From Octopus bimaculoides (taxonomy: Eukaryota), in NCBI RefSeq assembly GCF_001194135.2, contig NC_068998.1, positions 50,092,364-50,156,363 on the forward strand: a stretch of 64,000 nucleotides of DNA, read 5' to 3'. Below the pieces are notes generated by a model. The model was not told where the DNA came from, did not search any database, and saw only the letters and a program-made list of their open reading frames with translations. The position numbers and the translations under genes are program-made. Below are positions 26,734 through 44,698 of the stretch, one piece after another (within the stretch, counting starts at the first letter, position 1; every line of letters begins with the position of its first letter).

Positions 26734-27436
26734 ATGATTCTTTCTGTGTTTACTTTCGTGCTCTTATTTGGTAAGTAGTGATATCCTCATTCATTTCCTT
26801 ACTACGTAATATGACGATAGATTCATTATATTTCTCTGTCCATCATTCAGTCTAAATACTTCATGTTATTTATTATATTTATTATATTTACCAATCCACC
26901 GAAATTATTGCCTTCTGACAAGTTTTTATATCAATATTAGTTATTCATAGACGTATAAATCTAAAAAGAACATTTGCATTTCCTACGAACTAGATCCTTC
27001 ACAAAGAAACTAGTTCGTGGCAAATGTTATATTTATGGAATTTAATAAGTAGCAAATACTTTACATTCTTAAATCCATAATTTGATTACCATTTCTGTTT
27101 TTAGTTCGTAAGTAATAAACGAACATAAATATTCAATTTATAGGTGCTGCCGTCTCAGTTAGTTGTACTGGAAACGCACTAAATTTTTGCAAGTCCGAGT
27201 TGAAAAATTATTTGGGACACGACTTCGGAAGGGTGTATGTATTATTGGACCACTATTATTTGCGTTGAAATTCTACACGTACACACACACACACACACAT
27301 ACACACAAACACACACACACACACATACACACACACAAACACACACACACACACACATACACACACGTGCGTGCGCATACACACACTTATAGATAGCTAA
27401 TTAGTTAGCTAGCGAGATAGATTGATAGATAGATGT

Positions 27437-27476
<40 letters not shown>

Positions 27477-29696
27477 AGAAGGAAAGGGGAGCGGTCATGT
27501 AGATAAACAAGTTGAATATATTAAATATATTAAACATAATGATCTTGGCATGAAATAGAAAATGGTGTACATGAAAAACGGGGAAAAAATAAGTTGTGGA
27601 GACTGTCAGATGTTTAATTTCAATTTTTAATTATAAATATATAGACATTTATATTAATAGGTCCATCTTACACAGCACAGACGACAGAGAAACTTAAAGG
27701 TGTGGAGGAAGAAAGATGCTAAAAGTCCAAATGAGGCCTCGGATATCCATAATATGACGACGAGGCGTGAACGTTTTGTTTCCCAATCAACAATAAATTC
27801 CATTCCAACCAGGATATTAGTGCACATATTTTATTTCTAAAATACCTTTCCATAAGGCAATCCATCGAACGTAATTAGGACGCAAAACAATTAGTTATAA
27901 ATACGGTGCCATTTGCATATTCAATAACCACTAGAATCTGGAAAGCTAAATTCTTTCAAACTCCATTTGGTTAGAAATAAAGAAAAAAATGCAAGGAATC
28001 TAATCATTTAACTTTACGTAACATTACAAAATTAATTTCTTTCCAGGGCGTACAGAAATTATCTCGCATGCGCTAAGAGAAATGCACCAGGCTGTAATGA
28101 AATTGTTTTGGCAGAATTCGGTATTAGTGTAAGATATATTTCGTCATACTTTTAATAGTAGATATTTATAGCAATATAAGTTATAACTGAGAATATTTGA
28201 TAGAGAAATTCATACAACTTTATATATAATTGGAATTGGAATTGTACAAAAGCTAAGATTTATAAAGGTAATGAAAACTTTATTATTATTTCGATAATCA
28301 GGAAAATCACTGGAAATAAATGTGGAAATATTTTAATCAGCTGCATCGGGTATATTAAATATGATTTTGCAAATATATTTTTCTATTAACAAAAAAATTC
28401 AATACTGATATTATTCCAAAAGGGTAAGATTCTACGTCGGAAATCACAAGCTCATGTTGTTACACTGCATATTTCTGTTGACCAGACCAGGTAGTTAATA
28501 AACATCTGTTGAGTCACAGACATAACAGTGACACCTTCGACCAATTTCATAAAATAAGCCGAAGCATAAAATGTAAATTTAATTAACAGATATTATGGTG
28601 CGCATGCGAAATAACTTCCATGGAAGAATACTTTGAATCACTAATTTTTAAAGAAAATCACAGATTTGATTTGCTGGCGACATTTCGTTATAATTTTAAT
28701 AATATTTAAACATTGTTTGCATGATATGCGATACGTAATGCCACAATGTGCGCAAATACCGGCTAACGTGTAAGAGCATTCAAATTTCGTATCGCATTGA
28801 GAGGAAAGACAATTTACTACGAGATGTATTTGACTTCCCCAAAAAGATATCAAAAACGGTTCACAAATGGCGGATAAAATACATGTTTTTCTTTTCTTTT
28901 ATAATCGACATTTTACTATGAGAGACGTTTATCCGTAAACAAATGTATTTCATTGACTTCGAAGTAGATATTTAAAAAGTGTTTTCAGAGCACCATTAAT
29001 TTCAATACCATCGTTTTATGTACAATGAACATATATTGTTTTTACAATCTTCATATTCTTAACATTTTAGCCACTGATATTCCAGAAATGATTGTAAAAA
29101 AAAGTTGGAAAAAGTTATTTGGTATCGTTAGTGATTTGGATGCATAATGTCTTTGAACAACAATCGATTATACAATGAAAATTATGTTCAGCTTATTACG
29201 AAAACTTCTATGAAGTTAGATTCAATCGAGCTTTGGTAATTTATATCCATTCATTTATTTGCTAAGTTAATTTCGTTTTACATAATAACATTTGCATCGT
29301 AATTTCAGCCTGGAAGATGTTCCGTTATCCGGGAGAAGGTATATGATTTCATTATAAAATTTTCCTAAAAAACTCTTTTACTGCAGCACTCATTATACAA
29401 ATTCCATTTAACATCAAGTGTATAATTCCATAGTCATGGTAGCCATACAGGAAGTATCATTGTAACATTGATATATTAGACAGTTACCTATTTTGAATTA
29501 GCCTGACATCTTAATAGATTTTACATTATGTAAACAAGTACTTTATGCAATTTCAATATATCAACAGCTAACTTCAATGAATGTGTANNNNNNNNNNNNN
29601 NNNNNNNNNNNNNNNNNNNNNNNNNNNNNNNNNNNNNNNNNNNNNNNNNNNNNNNNNNNNNNNNNNNNNNNNNNNNNNNNNNNNNNNNNNNNNNNN

Positions 29697-29731
<35 letters not shown>

Positions 29732-30247
29732 GTATGTGTGTTTGTCCGTGCAACTTTGGGGACTAATTGCTACGTTTAAACTTTGGGTTACCTACTGTTT
29801 ATTCATGGATGGGATATACATCCATCAGTGTCAGTGGTTGACGACAACACTATATCTGTTCTGAAATTCCATCGTTGTTTTCGGGTCTCAAGCAATTTTC
29901 ACTAAGAAATACAGCACTTTTTACAAGAAAAGTGTTCTATTTCTATTTCATCTCTGTCAAAAACAAAGAACTTGAATAGATGAAAAGATCGATATTTCAC
30001 TGGTGGTTATACCCATTACTATTGTGATCCGTACCAGTTTTCTTCTGGAAATACCGTACTCATTTATGTGGGAAATAATAACATTAGGTAATAAATGTAA
30101 TATTATATGACGGCAAATTCGTGTATGCATCTCATCAAAATACTTTCACTCTGTATCAATAAATTTTCTATTCTATTCTCTTTACAGATGAAATTTCAGG
30201 CAATTTTCACTGCTGTACTTGTAGTTACATTACAAATGCATAATTAA
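26734..30247 (+). CDS. Gene E: 99-aa family member lacking Cys3 and Cys6
   Basis: Exons 26734-26770, 27144-27234, 28047-28128, 29309-29338, 30188-30247: MILSVFTFVLLFGAAVSVSCTGNALNFCKSELKNYLGHDFGRVAYRNYLACAKRNAPGCNEIVLAEFGISPGRCSVIREKMKFQAIFTAVLVVTLQMHN*. Confidence 0.9.
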
Positions 30248-31605
30248 ATAAAGGTAACCATACAATAATAACGTGAGTGGCTTATTTTATAGCTATAATT
30301 GAGGCTCTAAAGTTGTATGTCTAAAATGTGTCTTACGCATATATATAATTAAACGAATCATGTTACATTTTCTTTATTCCACACTTTCTTAAACTTACGA
30401 TATCACCAACATTGACGGAATATAATGTTGAAACATATACATTAGAAATTTGTTCTTTAGAAATGACGATTTATAGCCACTATTTTCATAATAATAATGG
30501 TGGTATGGAACAGCTTTTAGTTTTATAAAAATACTAACGCACATGGTGCATAAATACATACGCATACACATACACCACACACACAGACAAACAATTCACA
30601 CATATAAACGTCCACTGAAATTGCTTCTATGGAAATGTAAAGGTACGGTGCTGGTTGATCACTGTTGTGTAAAGAGAAGTGCCTCTAAGTTTAAGCAGAA
30701 TAGGGAACTTACATTAATAAAATATAAAAAAGAATATCTCTATAATTATTTTATTCTCAGTTTTAGTATTTCACTGTATTGTTAAAACTGGCTTTCAATA
30801 TAGGTCTGCCGACGTTCGTTACATTGAGTATTATGAGTGTTACATTGAGTTCCATGGGGCTTGGTGTTCCTCGCTTATTGCAGGCATCAGACTTACCTAA
30901 TTTCGGCGAGACTACTTACCTTATTATACATTTTACAGATTTCTTTTTGTTTTGTCTCATATTGTAGTGAGGCTGCAAACAAGCCAATTATCTAAGTGTA
31001 TCGTTGTGCAAGAAACTCAGAATCTTACATCCAAATAATAATACAAAGATACACTTCTGCCTGCGACTCCAGAAGAACTAGCCTTATAGCAAGAGACACA
31101 ATGGCGGAGAATGATAGTTCTGTACGAAATTGCAAAGAGTGTATAATTACACTTCTGCACTTACAAATTTAATCTGGAATGTACATCAGTTGCATACGCT
31201 GTGTATTGAACGATACCTAAGATGGAAGCTCTGAAAGAATAAATGGATGAAAGGTTATACTTCTAAGTGAAGGAACGTGTATCTGTGTATGTTTACGAGT
31301 GGCATAACGATAAAACTGATGCATAAAGAGATATTATATTTACATTGATATATTTTTCGGCTTACATACACCGATAAGTAAACGCTTCCTCTCTAGCAAC
31401 ATGTTTTCCGTTCGTCTGTATTGAAGCAGATGATATGCAACCTCATACATTAGTATTTGTTTGTTCAACGTGTAGGAAATGCAATTACAACTGTCGTTAT
31501 TTAACATTTATGACGCAACATGTTACATAAGGTTCCATGTTTAAAATAAGACAGCTGGCAAACTGTTGTATAATAATGCAACGAAATTGAATAGATAAAA
31601 TCAAG

Positions 31606-31642
31606 ATGAACATTTTTGCGTTTATTATTTTTCTCTTATTTG
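31606..31642 (+). other. Orphan signal-peptide exon 1 (intact)
   Basis: ATG...TTTG|GTAAGT, 37 nt, MNIFAFIIFLLF-G, phase 1 like all family first exons. I found no exon 2 before the next exon 1 at 33401. Confidence 0.8.
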
Positions 31643-33400
31643 GTAAGTATTTATACAAAGTAATACCATCCTCACTAATTAAAATGTCGATATCACTCAG
31701 TATATTTCTCTCAGAATCAATAAAGCTGAACAATACTATAGCTATACAATTATTTATTATTGTCATTTTCATTTGTGAACCGATTGACCAATACTTGTCT
31801 ATATATATATATATATATATATTATACAATGGACGCAATCATGACTGTGCGGTGAAGATCTTTGCATTTCAGCCACGTGATTTCGGGTGCAGTTTAATGT
31901 TTTCTACTTACGCTCCGGACCCGCATATGACTACTGAGTAAATTTGGTAGATGAAAACTCTATGAAAATTTGTTGTATATGTGCTATTTCTTTGTTTCTA
32001 CTTCACCACAACTCTACAGTGTTGAGGTCTTTATGTCATTTAGACGTTAGAAATAAGTGTTCGACAGGAAAAGAAAAAGGTTACAAAAAAACGACGTGAG
32101 TATTTTTTCGACACTTGAAGGCGGCGAGCCACCCTTGCCGCACTCCAACCTATAAAACAAGTAGAAGTTACGGATTTCGGCAGCTGAACAAGAGTGACGA
32201 TTATAACTGTTGCACTTGCCAAAATTTGTGGTGCTCTTGCCAAAATTCTTTTCAGGAGTTATGCCTAGAGTATAAAAGATTATTACTACTATAATAAAAG
32301 GAGGCGTTTCGTTTGAGCGGATAGGATACCGGTCAAAATGCTTAGCGGGCTGTGTCGCGCTCCAGTTCACAAACCTTTAGGAGTGAGTTGCGAAGTGACT
32401 GGACCCAAGTTGCATCGACCTTTACTTTTTCTTTGGATAATATCGATGGCGTAGTGAGGGGAGCCTGGTGATCTTGTCCAAGCATGTACCACGGAGGAGA
32501 AATGTCAATGTGCATCCCGTGCTCATACATGCAAGAAGATGTCTTGAAAAGGAATGAGAAAAAAACAAAACAAGTGTAGTGTGTGTGTGTATTTGCAAAA
32601 AACAAATTACCATCCTGATGTCAGTGATAAGCAACAAGCAACACTATGTCGAAATTGACGTGTATATCATACAGATGGGAGATCCCGGAAAGATTTAGAC
32701 TACAGATTAGTAATGTGGTATTTATCAGCCCCGGAACGGATCTCAGCTGCATTGCAGTTAACATCCCAATATCCGGGATAGAAATAACCTCTGTAGTTCC
32801 CGGTGTTTGTACTTTAAAATACCCTCGGCTTTTCACTTCATTCCCACGGGATATGTGAAACCTGCAAAGAAAGGATGTAAATGTATTCAAAATCCACAAA
32901 AGCTTCTACTGCGTGCAATACAAGACAAAACATCCTCGTGTCAAATGGTTCAATAAATAGGTCCAATTACGCTGCACCCATTCTTAAACACAAACGCATT
33001 GAGCTACTTCAATATAGCAACAGTATTAATTGCACAGTCACTGCATGAGCTCAAACCTAAGTCTCCAAACTAAAAGAGTAAAACAAAATCTAGGTGTATA
33101 TTTGTGGCAGTCTATACTATCGAGTAGGTTCTCATTAAATGCATGCGTAGATATGTTTTTTTTAAATTAAATGTCATATATCTTAAATTTACATATGCTG
33201 GGAGAAAAACTCACTCTCTCTATTGTAATATTCATTCATATTCTCTTTCTCAAGGAAAAGACTGAGAGAAACAATTCTTGTAGAATACACAATTATATAT
33301 TGCATTGAAGCGCAACATATGTTACTTTGCTTTCATATCTCCATCAGATCTAAAAGATTATTGTATCATAATCCAACCAAGGATAAACGATACAAACATA

Positions 33401-33715
33401 ATGGTTCTTTCTTTGCTTACTTTTGCCCTCTTATTTGGTAGGTAGAGATATCATAATTATTTACTTAATTCTTAATATCACGATAATTTTCAATATATTT
33501 AAGTATATTGCATCAATCAGTCTAAATACTGCATATTATTTATGTATTATAGGCTTATACACTTGTATATTTGTATACGGATTAAAATGCGATGAATATG
33601 TAGTCATTTACACTTAGGCATTTATCGATTTATCGATATCTGTCCCATTTTCATATGTATATATATAATATAGAGATATATGCATTCGCAGACATACACA
33701 CACGCATACAGATTG

Positions 33716-33759
<44 letters not shown>

Positions 33760-36700
33760 NNNNNNNNNNNNNNNNNNNNNNNNNNNNNNNNNNNNNNNNN
33801 NNNNNNNNNNNNNNNNNNNNNNNNNNNNNNNNNNNNNNNNNNNNNNNNNNNNNNNNNNNNNNNNNNNNNNNNNNNNNNNNNNNNNNNNNNNNNNNNNNNN
33901 NNNNNNNNNNNNNNNNNNNNNNNNNNNNNNNNNNNNNNNNNNNNNNNNNNNNNNNNNNNNNNNNNNNNNNNNNNNNNNNNNNNNNNNNNNNNNNNNNNNN
34001 NNNNNNNNNNNNNNNNNNNNNNNNNNNNNNNNNNNNNNNNNNNNNNNNNNNNNNNNNNNNNNNNNNNNNNNNNNNNNNNNNNNNNNNNNNNNNNNNNNNN
34101 NNNNNNNNNNNNNNNNNNNNNNNNNNNNNNNNNNNNNNNNNNNNNNNNNNNNNNNNNNNNNNNNNNNNNNNNNNNNNNNNNNNNNNNNNNNNNNNNNNNN
34201 NNNNNNNNNNNNNNNNNNNNNNNNNNNNNNNNNNNNNNNNNNNNNNNNNNNNNNNNNNNNNNNNNNNNNNNNNNNNNNNNNNNNNNNNNNNNNNNNNNNN
34301 NNNNNNNNNNNNNNNNNNNNNNNNNNNNNNNNNNNNNNNNNNNNNNNNNNNNNNNNNNNNNNNNNNNNNNNNNNNNNNNNNNNNNNNNNNNNNNNNNNNN
34401 NNNNNNNNNNNNNNNNNNNNNNNNNNNNNNNNNNNNNNATATATATATATATATATACACGTTTGTGTGTGTGTGAGTGGGTGTATGTGTGTTTGAGTGA
34501 GTCTAATTTATATGACTTAAAAATTGTCCGAGGTGGCTCATATGTAGTGACTATCTTCCATCGCAGCACTGAGAGTTTGGTTATGAGCTGTGACGTATGA
34601 GAATTTTAGGATTTCTTCTTGTGTTCTCGAGTTCAGCAGTCTAATCTACGAAATCCAATATCTGGTGCCTTTTACAAATTTTGAGGCTTTGCTCACGTGG
34701 CATAAACAAGTTTAAATAATTCGATAGAATAAACGAACATTTACAAAACCCGGAAGTAAATAGCTGTTAAGGGTGAGGGTGAGAACAACGTTAAGAAGCT
34801 CTCTGCACCACTGACTCCCAGATTTGTAAGTTTTGGCGGATACAAACATATGTATCATATTTTGTTGGTGAATTGGAAAACATCACCCTCTTCGAAATGA
34901 ACGGATAAATAGCAGATTCTAGATCCCAATCCAAACAGCGTTTTTATGGCTATATGGTCAGAAACGACATGATATTTCTTCTGTTTTCATCCTCTTTTAT
35001 TTTCCTTTTCGTTTCGCTTCCTGGTAATTTCATCGGTTCGACTCTTACTTCTTGCACTTTCTCGCCTCTTATCGTTCTTTCATTTTGTTCATCGCCCCAT
35101 TTTAGCCTCTAAGCGCCTTGTGATCACAGCCAGATGATTTCGTTTAGCGTTACAACATGATGTCAGTGTCATTGCAGGAAATTATCGGTAAATCATAAAA
35201 TTAAATAGTGTTTTGCTAAAACAAATACGCACATACAACGCACACACACATGCAAACACAAGCACGCAGGTTTACACACGCACTTACACTCACACACAAT
35301 CTCGCCTCCGCCACATATATGTCTCCATAGTTACAAACTAGCTTCTTGACTACATGGTTCCTGTTTCAGTCGCACTTCGTGGCTGCATGAGCAAGTGTCT
35401 TCTACCATACCCTCGGGTCCAGCAAAAACTTGTGGATTTGATAGACCGAAACTCAAAAAAGGCATTCGTATATATATATATATNNNNNNNNNNNNNNNNN
35501 NNNNNNNNNNNNNNNNNNNNNNNNNNNNNNNNNNNNNNNNNNNNNNNNNNNNNNNNNNNNNNNNNNNNNNNNNNNNNNNNNNNNNNNNNNNNNNNNNNNN
35601 NNNNNNNNNNNNNNNNNNNNNNNNNNNNNNNNNNNNNNNNNNNNNNNNNNNNNNNNNNNNNNNNNNNNNNNNNNNNNNNNNNNNNNNNNNNNNNNNNNNN
35701 NNNNNNNNNNNNNNNNNNNNNNNNNNNNNNNNNNNNNNNNNNNNNNNNNNNNNNNNNNNNNNNNNNNNNNNNNNNNNNNNNNNNNNNNNNNNNNNNNNNN
35801 NNNNNNNNNNNNNNNNNNNNNNNNNNNNNNNNNNNNNNNNNNNNNNNNNNNNNNNNNNNNNNNNNNNNNNNNNNNNNNNNNNNNNNNNNNNNNNNNNNNT
35901 ATATATATATATATATGTATGTATATACACATGTATATAGATATATTAGATTAATAGCTTAATATAAATATGTAACAACAATAACCCCAATGAAAGCAAT
36001 ATATTTACAATCAGAAAGCATTTAAATAATATCTGTTTTACATCGAAAGTTAGTGAGTTGGCGAAATCTCTTTGCTGTTCAAATTCCGAAGATGTCGACC
36101 TTGCATTTGGTACGTCGGACTCGAGAGAAAATGCACCAGATAGACACTTTTTTCGGTGCATTCGAATTATACTCATCCCCTGAGATTGATTGCCTTGTGC
36201 CAAGATTTTATATCAATATTAGTTTTGCATATAAGTAGTATAACTCTAAGAATAAAAAGTGAGCACTTACATATGCAAATTTATTTTCACAAATCCTCTA
36301 GTTCATTTAATATATTTATGGAATTTAATAACTTTGAAATACTTTACATTTTTCAATCCATATTATGAACAGCATTCCTTTTTTTTAATTCGAAAGTAAT
36401 AAAAAAGCGCAAATATTCAATTTGTAGGTGTTGCCGTTTCAGTTAGGTGTAACGCATTGGCACTATCATTATGCAAGTTAGAACTGAAAAGTTATGTGGG
36501 ACACGACTTCGGAAGTGTGTATGTATTTTGGACCACTAATTCTTTTATTTGCATGTAAATCATATATAAATATATATAAAAATATATACACACACACACA
36601 CACACACACATACGCACACACACACACGCACACACACACACATATATATATATATATAAATATATATAATCATATATATGTATGTATATATATATATATA

Positions 36701-37109
36701 TANNNNNNNNNNNNNNNNNNNNNNNNNNNNNNNNNNNNNNNNNNNNNNNNNNNNNNNNNNNNNNNNNNNNNNNNNNNNNNNNNNNNNNNNNNNNNNNNNN
36801 NNNNNNNNNNNNNNNNNNNNNNNNNNNNNNNNNNNNNNNNNNNNNNNNNNNNNNNNNNNNNNNNNNNNNNNNNNNNNNNNNNNNNNNNNNNNNNNNNNNN
36901 NNNNNNNNNNNNNNNNNNNNNNNNNNNNNNNNNNNNNNNNNNNNNNNNNNNNNNNNNNNNNNNNNNNNNNNNNNNNNNNNNNNNNNNNNNNNNNNNNNNN
37001 NNNNNNNNNNNNNNNNNNNNNNNNNNNNNNNNNNNNNNNNNNNNNNNNNNNNNNNNNNNNNNNNNNNNNNNNNNNNNNNNNNNNNNNNNNNNNNNNNNNN
37101 NNNNNNNNN

Positions 37110-37140
<31 letters not shown>

Positions 37141-39548
37141 GCATAGAGGGCGAGAGAGAAGGGGTTGGTATGCAGATAAACAAATTATATACATTATATA
37201 TGTTGAATTAAATAACTCGTGTATGGAGTAGAAAAAAATGTGTGCAAAATTTGAGAATGTAAAGGGTGGGTATCTTTGAAATGTTGAATCTGAAATGTTA
37301 TGCATAAATGTATTGATATTCACACAGTATAAACGAGAGATCATATTAAAGGGTTGATAGAAATGTACTATAGGTTCAAATACTGTTTCTGGGACCTCAG
37401 AAATCTATAATAATATTGGTAGATCTATTGCATCGTAATATGCAGCTGTAATTAAGGCAATCAACACTGGATACGACGAATCTCCCTCGGCTGGGTAGAG
37501 AAGGTCTTACATATCAGATTTAAATGCAGAGCAGTTCAAACATGATATAGTCCGTATTTGAACATCTCTATAGACGCTCGTCTTGATCCAATTTAGAGTC
37601 ATTCTTTACATTGTGGATTGGATCCCACTGTATAAACATGGGAGTTGAAGCTTGAAGACGTGTTTAACAATAATGTTATTACTATGAGGAAGAAAATGTC
37701 ATTCGCATTATCACTATCAGAAATTTAGAAAATACATAGGTACGAACACGCATCAGCTACTCACACTATCACAGACGTCGGCTTCCTCGTGAAACCACTT
37801 CCTAGTGAAACCAACCAATGCAAATTGACCACCGTAAGCCTAAGTTTATGTATATGCGTATATGCCTCTTCTATTTTCAAAAATAATTTCTTTCCAAGGT
37901 GTACAGATATTATCTTGCATGCGCACACAGAAATGCCCCAGGCTGTCATGAAATTGTTCTGGCACAATACGGTCCAATTGTCAGATATATTTTGTCATAG
38001 TTTTAATAGCAGAATTTTATACCAATGGAAGTTATAATTATGTATATTTGATAGAGAAATCCATACGAATTTAGATATGACTGGAATTGATTTTCTACAA
38101 AAGTTAAGATTTATTATGGTAATGAAAGCTTTATTATTGCTTCGTCAATCAAGGAGATCACTGGAAATAAATCTGGAAATATTTTGTTCAGTTGCATCGG
38201 ACACATTAAATAGGATTTTGCCAATATACTTTTATATCAATAACAAAATGCCTGAAGACCATTACCACAACCGGTAAGATTGTATGTCGGAAATCACAAG
38301 TTCATGTTATCGCTTGGCATATTTTAGCTTGGCAGACCAGGTAGCGTATACATATCTGTTGATACACTGTCATAACAGTGACACTATCTAATAATTTCAT
38401 TAGGAAGTATAAAATGTAAATTTGATTTACAGACATTATGGTGCATATCCGAAATTGATTCACTAGAAAAATACATTGAATCACCAACATTTATTGAAAA
38501 TTGTTAGTTCTGCTAATTACGACCATTTTTATGAAAGTAGATTCACTTCAGATTCGTTCATTTATCTTAACATCTATTTTGCATTGCAATTTCAGCCAGT
38601 AATTTCCTCCGGTAATCAGAAGGTATATGATTTCATTGTAACATTTCTATTTAAAAGGTTTTACTGCAATATTCACTTTATAAATTCCTTTTTACGACAG
38701 ATTTATAATTACATAATTATTGTAGACATACACAGAATATCAGGGTAATGTTGATATATTAGACAGTCTCATATTTTTTATTGGCTTAACTCCTTAACAA
38801 TACTTACATTATGTAGGCTAGTAATTAAAGAAACTGCAATGTGTTAACTGCTAATTCCAATGTCCCTCTCTCTCCCTCCCTCTCTCTCTCTCTCTATTAT
38901 ATATGTGTATGTGCCTGTGTGTGCAATGCTTGTATGTCTGTGTATGTGTGTGTGTTGTGTGTGTATGTGATATCAGATTCCAATACGGAAATACCACACT
39001 TAGTTGCGTGTGAAATGATAACATGAGCTAATTCATGCAAAATTATAGGTGGGCAAATTCGTTTCTGTCAAAAAAAAAAAATGAGAAATCTTCAATAGTG
39101 TATTAAATGTGTATTTTTCGGGCAGATGTGCCCAGCTGTTTCGTGCCTGTTATCATCTTGAGGAAATAATGATTTCAACTATAGGCACAAGGCCTGAAAT
39201 TTCGGGAAGCGCGATGGTCGATTTCATCGACCCCACTGTTCCACTTATAGTTAATTTATCCACTGCGAAAATATGAAAGGCAAAGTCAACCTCGGCGGAA
39301 CTTGAACTGAGGACGTTGCGGCAGACAAAATATCGCTAAGTATTTCGCCAGGCGTGCTAACGATTCTGCTACGTAGCCGCTTTAACCGATGATTCATACA
39401 AAATCATAAATGGGAAGATTCATGTATGCATTTCATCAAACTACTTTCTGTATATATGAATAAAGTTTGACTTCTGTTCTCTTTACAGATGATCTTTCAT
39501 CCAGTCTTCTTTCTTGCTCTTGTGGTTGCACTCTTAATGTATATATGA
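33401..39548 (+). pseudogene. Gene F: paralog of E with mutated exon 3 splice sites
   Basis: Exons 33401-33437, 36428-36518, 37898-37979, 38596-38622, 39489-39548 are open: MVLSLLTFALLFGVAVSVRCNALALSLCKLELKSYVGHDFGSVVYRYYLACAHRNAPGCHEIVLAQYGPIPVISSGNQKMIFHPVFFLALVVALLMYI*. The exon 3 acceptor reads ttccAA|G versus ttccAG|G in E, and the donor is GTCAGA versus GTAAGA. Confidence 0.7.
39181..39380 (-). mobile_element. SINE-like dispersed repeat (second family)
   Basis: Aligns to 24195-24352 (AAAGGCAAAGTCAACCTCGGCGGAACTTGAACT). Confidence 0.6.
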
Positions 39549-39920
39549 ATAAAGAACTTGATACAATACTGATCTGACTACCATAATTTGTTTTTGCAAT
39601 TCTCTATAACTGTATGCCTGATATATGTCATGAATATGGATAGAATTAAACAACCAAAGCTAGTAATTATTTGTGTGTTTGCGTGTGTGTGTGTGTGTGT
39701 GTGTTTGTGTGTGTGCCTGTGTCTGTTTATGTGTGTATGTATGTGTGTGTGTATATCACACTTCTGAAAACGACCAATATCGGCGACATGAAATTCTTTT
39801 GAAAATAACATTGAATACGAAAAGGAAAAGGAGTGTATATATCAATTATAAACATTAAAAAAAGTACTGCGGTACATAGCATGTCCATGTGTGTATGTGA
39901 CTGTGCGTGTGTGTGTGTGT

Positions 39921-39967
<47 letters not shown>

Positions 39968-40020
39968 TTTGTGTGTGTGTCTCTAAGCCTGAGTGTTTGC
40001 GTGCGTGTGTTTATGTGAAT

Positions 40021-40175
40021 TAGCATGGCTGAATGTTTACAACGCCGGGCTCACAAATCTGAGGTACAGAATTCCATTCCTTGACCGGGCATTGTCATAT
40101 GTTCTTGTGGAAGACACTTATTTCACGTTGATCTACTTCACACAGCTGTAGAAATGCGTTGTGACGTCACTTGAT
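40021..40175 (+). mobile_element. Degenerate SINE, same family as 48132
   Basis: Shares GAAGACACTTATTTCACGTTG...CAGCTGTAGAAATG with 48132-48280. Confidence 0.55.
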
Positions 40176-40884
40176 TCAAGATGTATCATACTTTGCCCTT
40201 TCCTGAGACAACATCGATGGCACGCGAGTGAAGGAAGGTATGACTGGGCGAAATTGACTAAGTTTGTACCTCGAAGGGGAACTTCTGACATACAAACAAA
40301 CATTCAAATATATATATATAAACTACGATTGTGAAACCTACACCAGAGAGATATAAATGTTTTCAATATACACATAGATACTTAACTGCGTGCGATTCTA
40401 AACGAAGCAACATCTCGTAAAGTGGCTCAATAAGTTGGTCCGATTGTGCCGCACTCATTCTTAAACATAAATACATCGAACTACTTCAATCTCTAATTGC
40501 ATACCAGCAACAGTATTAATTGCACAATCACTGTATCAGCTGAAGCTTTAGGCTCGAAACTAAGAGAATAAAACGACATGTGAGTGTATATGTGTGGCTG
40601 TCTAAATTATCGAGCGCGTTCTCTATAAATGTAATGCATACGATTTTTTCATAAAACGTCAGGTTACCTGTGTTGGGAGTGAAACTCACTTTCTCTTTAG
40701 TAATATTTATTCATATTCTTCTTTTTTACAAGCATGTGGCGGAGAAAAATAATTCCTATAGCATATGCACTCATGATATTTAAATTCTGGGCGCGACATA
40801 TGTTACATTGCTTACATATTTAAATCAGGGCATACAGAAGACTGTTGTGTCATATTTCATCGAAGTGTAAATGACAAAACAAAG

Positions 40885-44381
<3,497 letters not shown>

Positions 44382-44666
44382 ATAAAGAGTATAATACAAT
44401 ACCTGTACTGCCTTCGTTTATAGTTATTATTGGTGATCTAAAGTTGTTTATCTTCACAAATAGCAAATATAAGCTTACTTTTTATTTGTTCCACACTTTC
44501 TTAAACTAAGAGAATCCCCAACACAGACAGAATATAATGTTGAAATTTATGCTTTAGACATGATAATTTATAGCCAATATTTACACGATAGTATCTGATA
44601 GAGGTGTGAAACAGCTTTAAGTCATTTTTAAATACTAAAGCACATGGTGCATAAATGCACACGCAA

Positions 44667-44698
<32 letters not shown>

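Noticed and set aside
28250-28440. Possible extra exon in intron 3 of E/F/G ending at G|GTAAGAT (also ~38274)
   Set aside because: No consistent acceptor or frame across copies, absent from H and I, and exon 3 joins exon 4 in frame without it.
30188-30244. Cys-rich alternative frame of exon 5 (DEISGNFHCCTCSY...) suggesting a toxin-like tail
   Set aside because: Exon 4 ends in phase 0 in every copy, giving the hydrophobic frame. The Cys codons arise from shifted Val/Ala/Leu codons and are not conserved.
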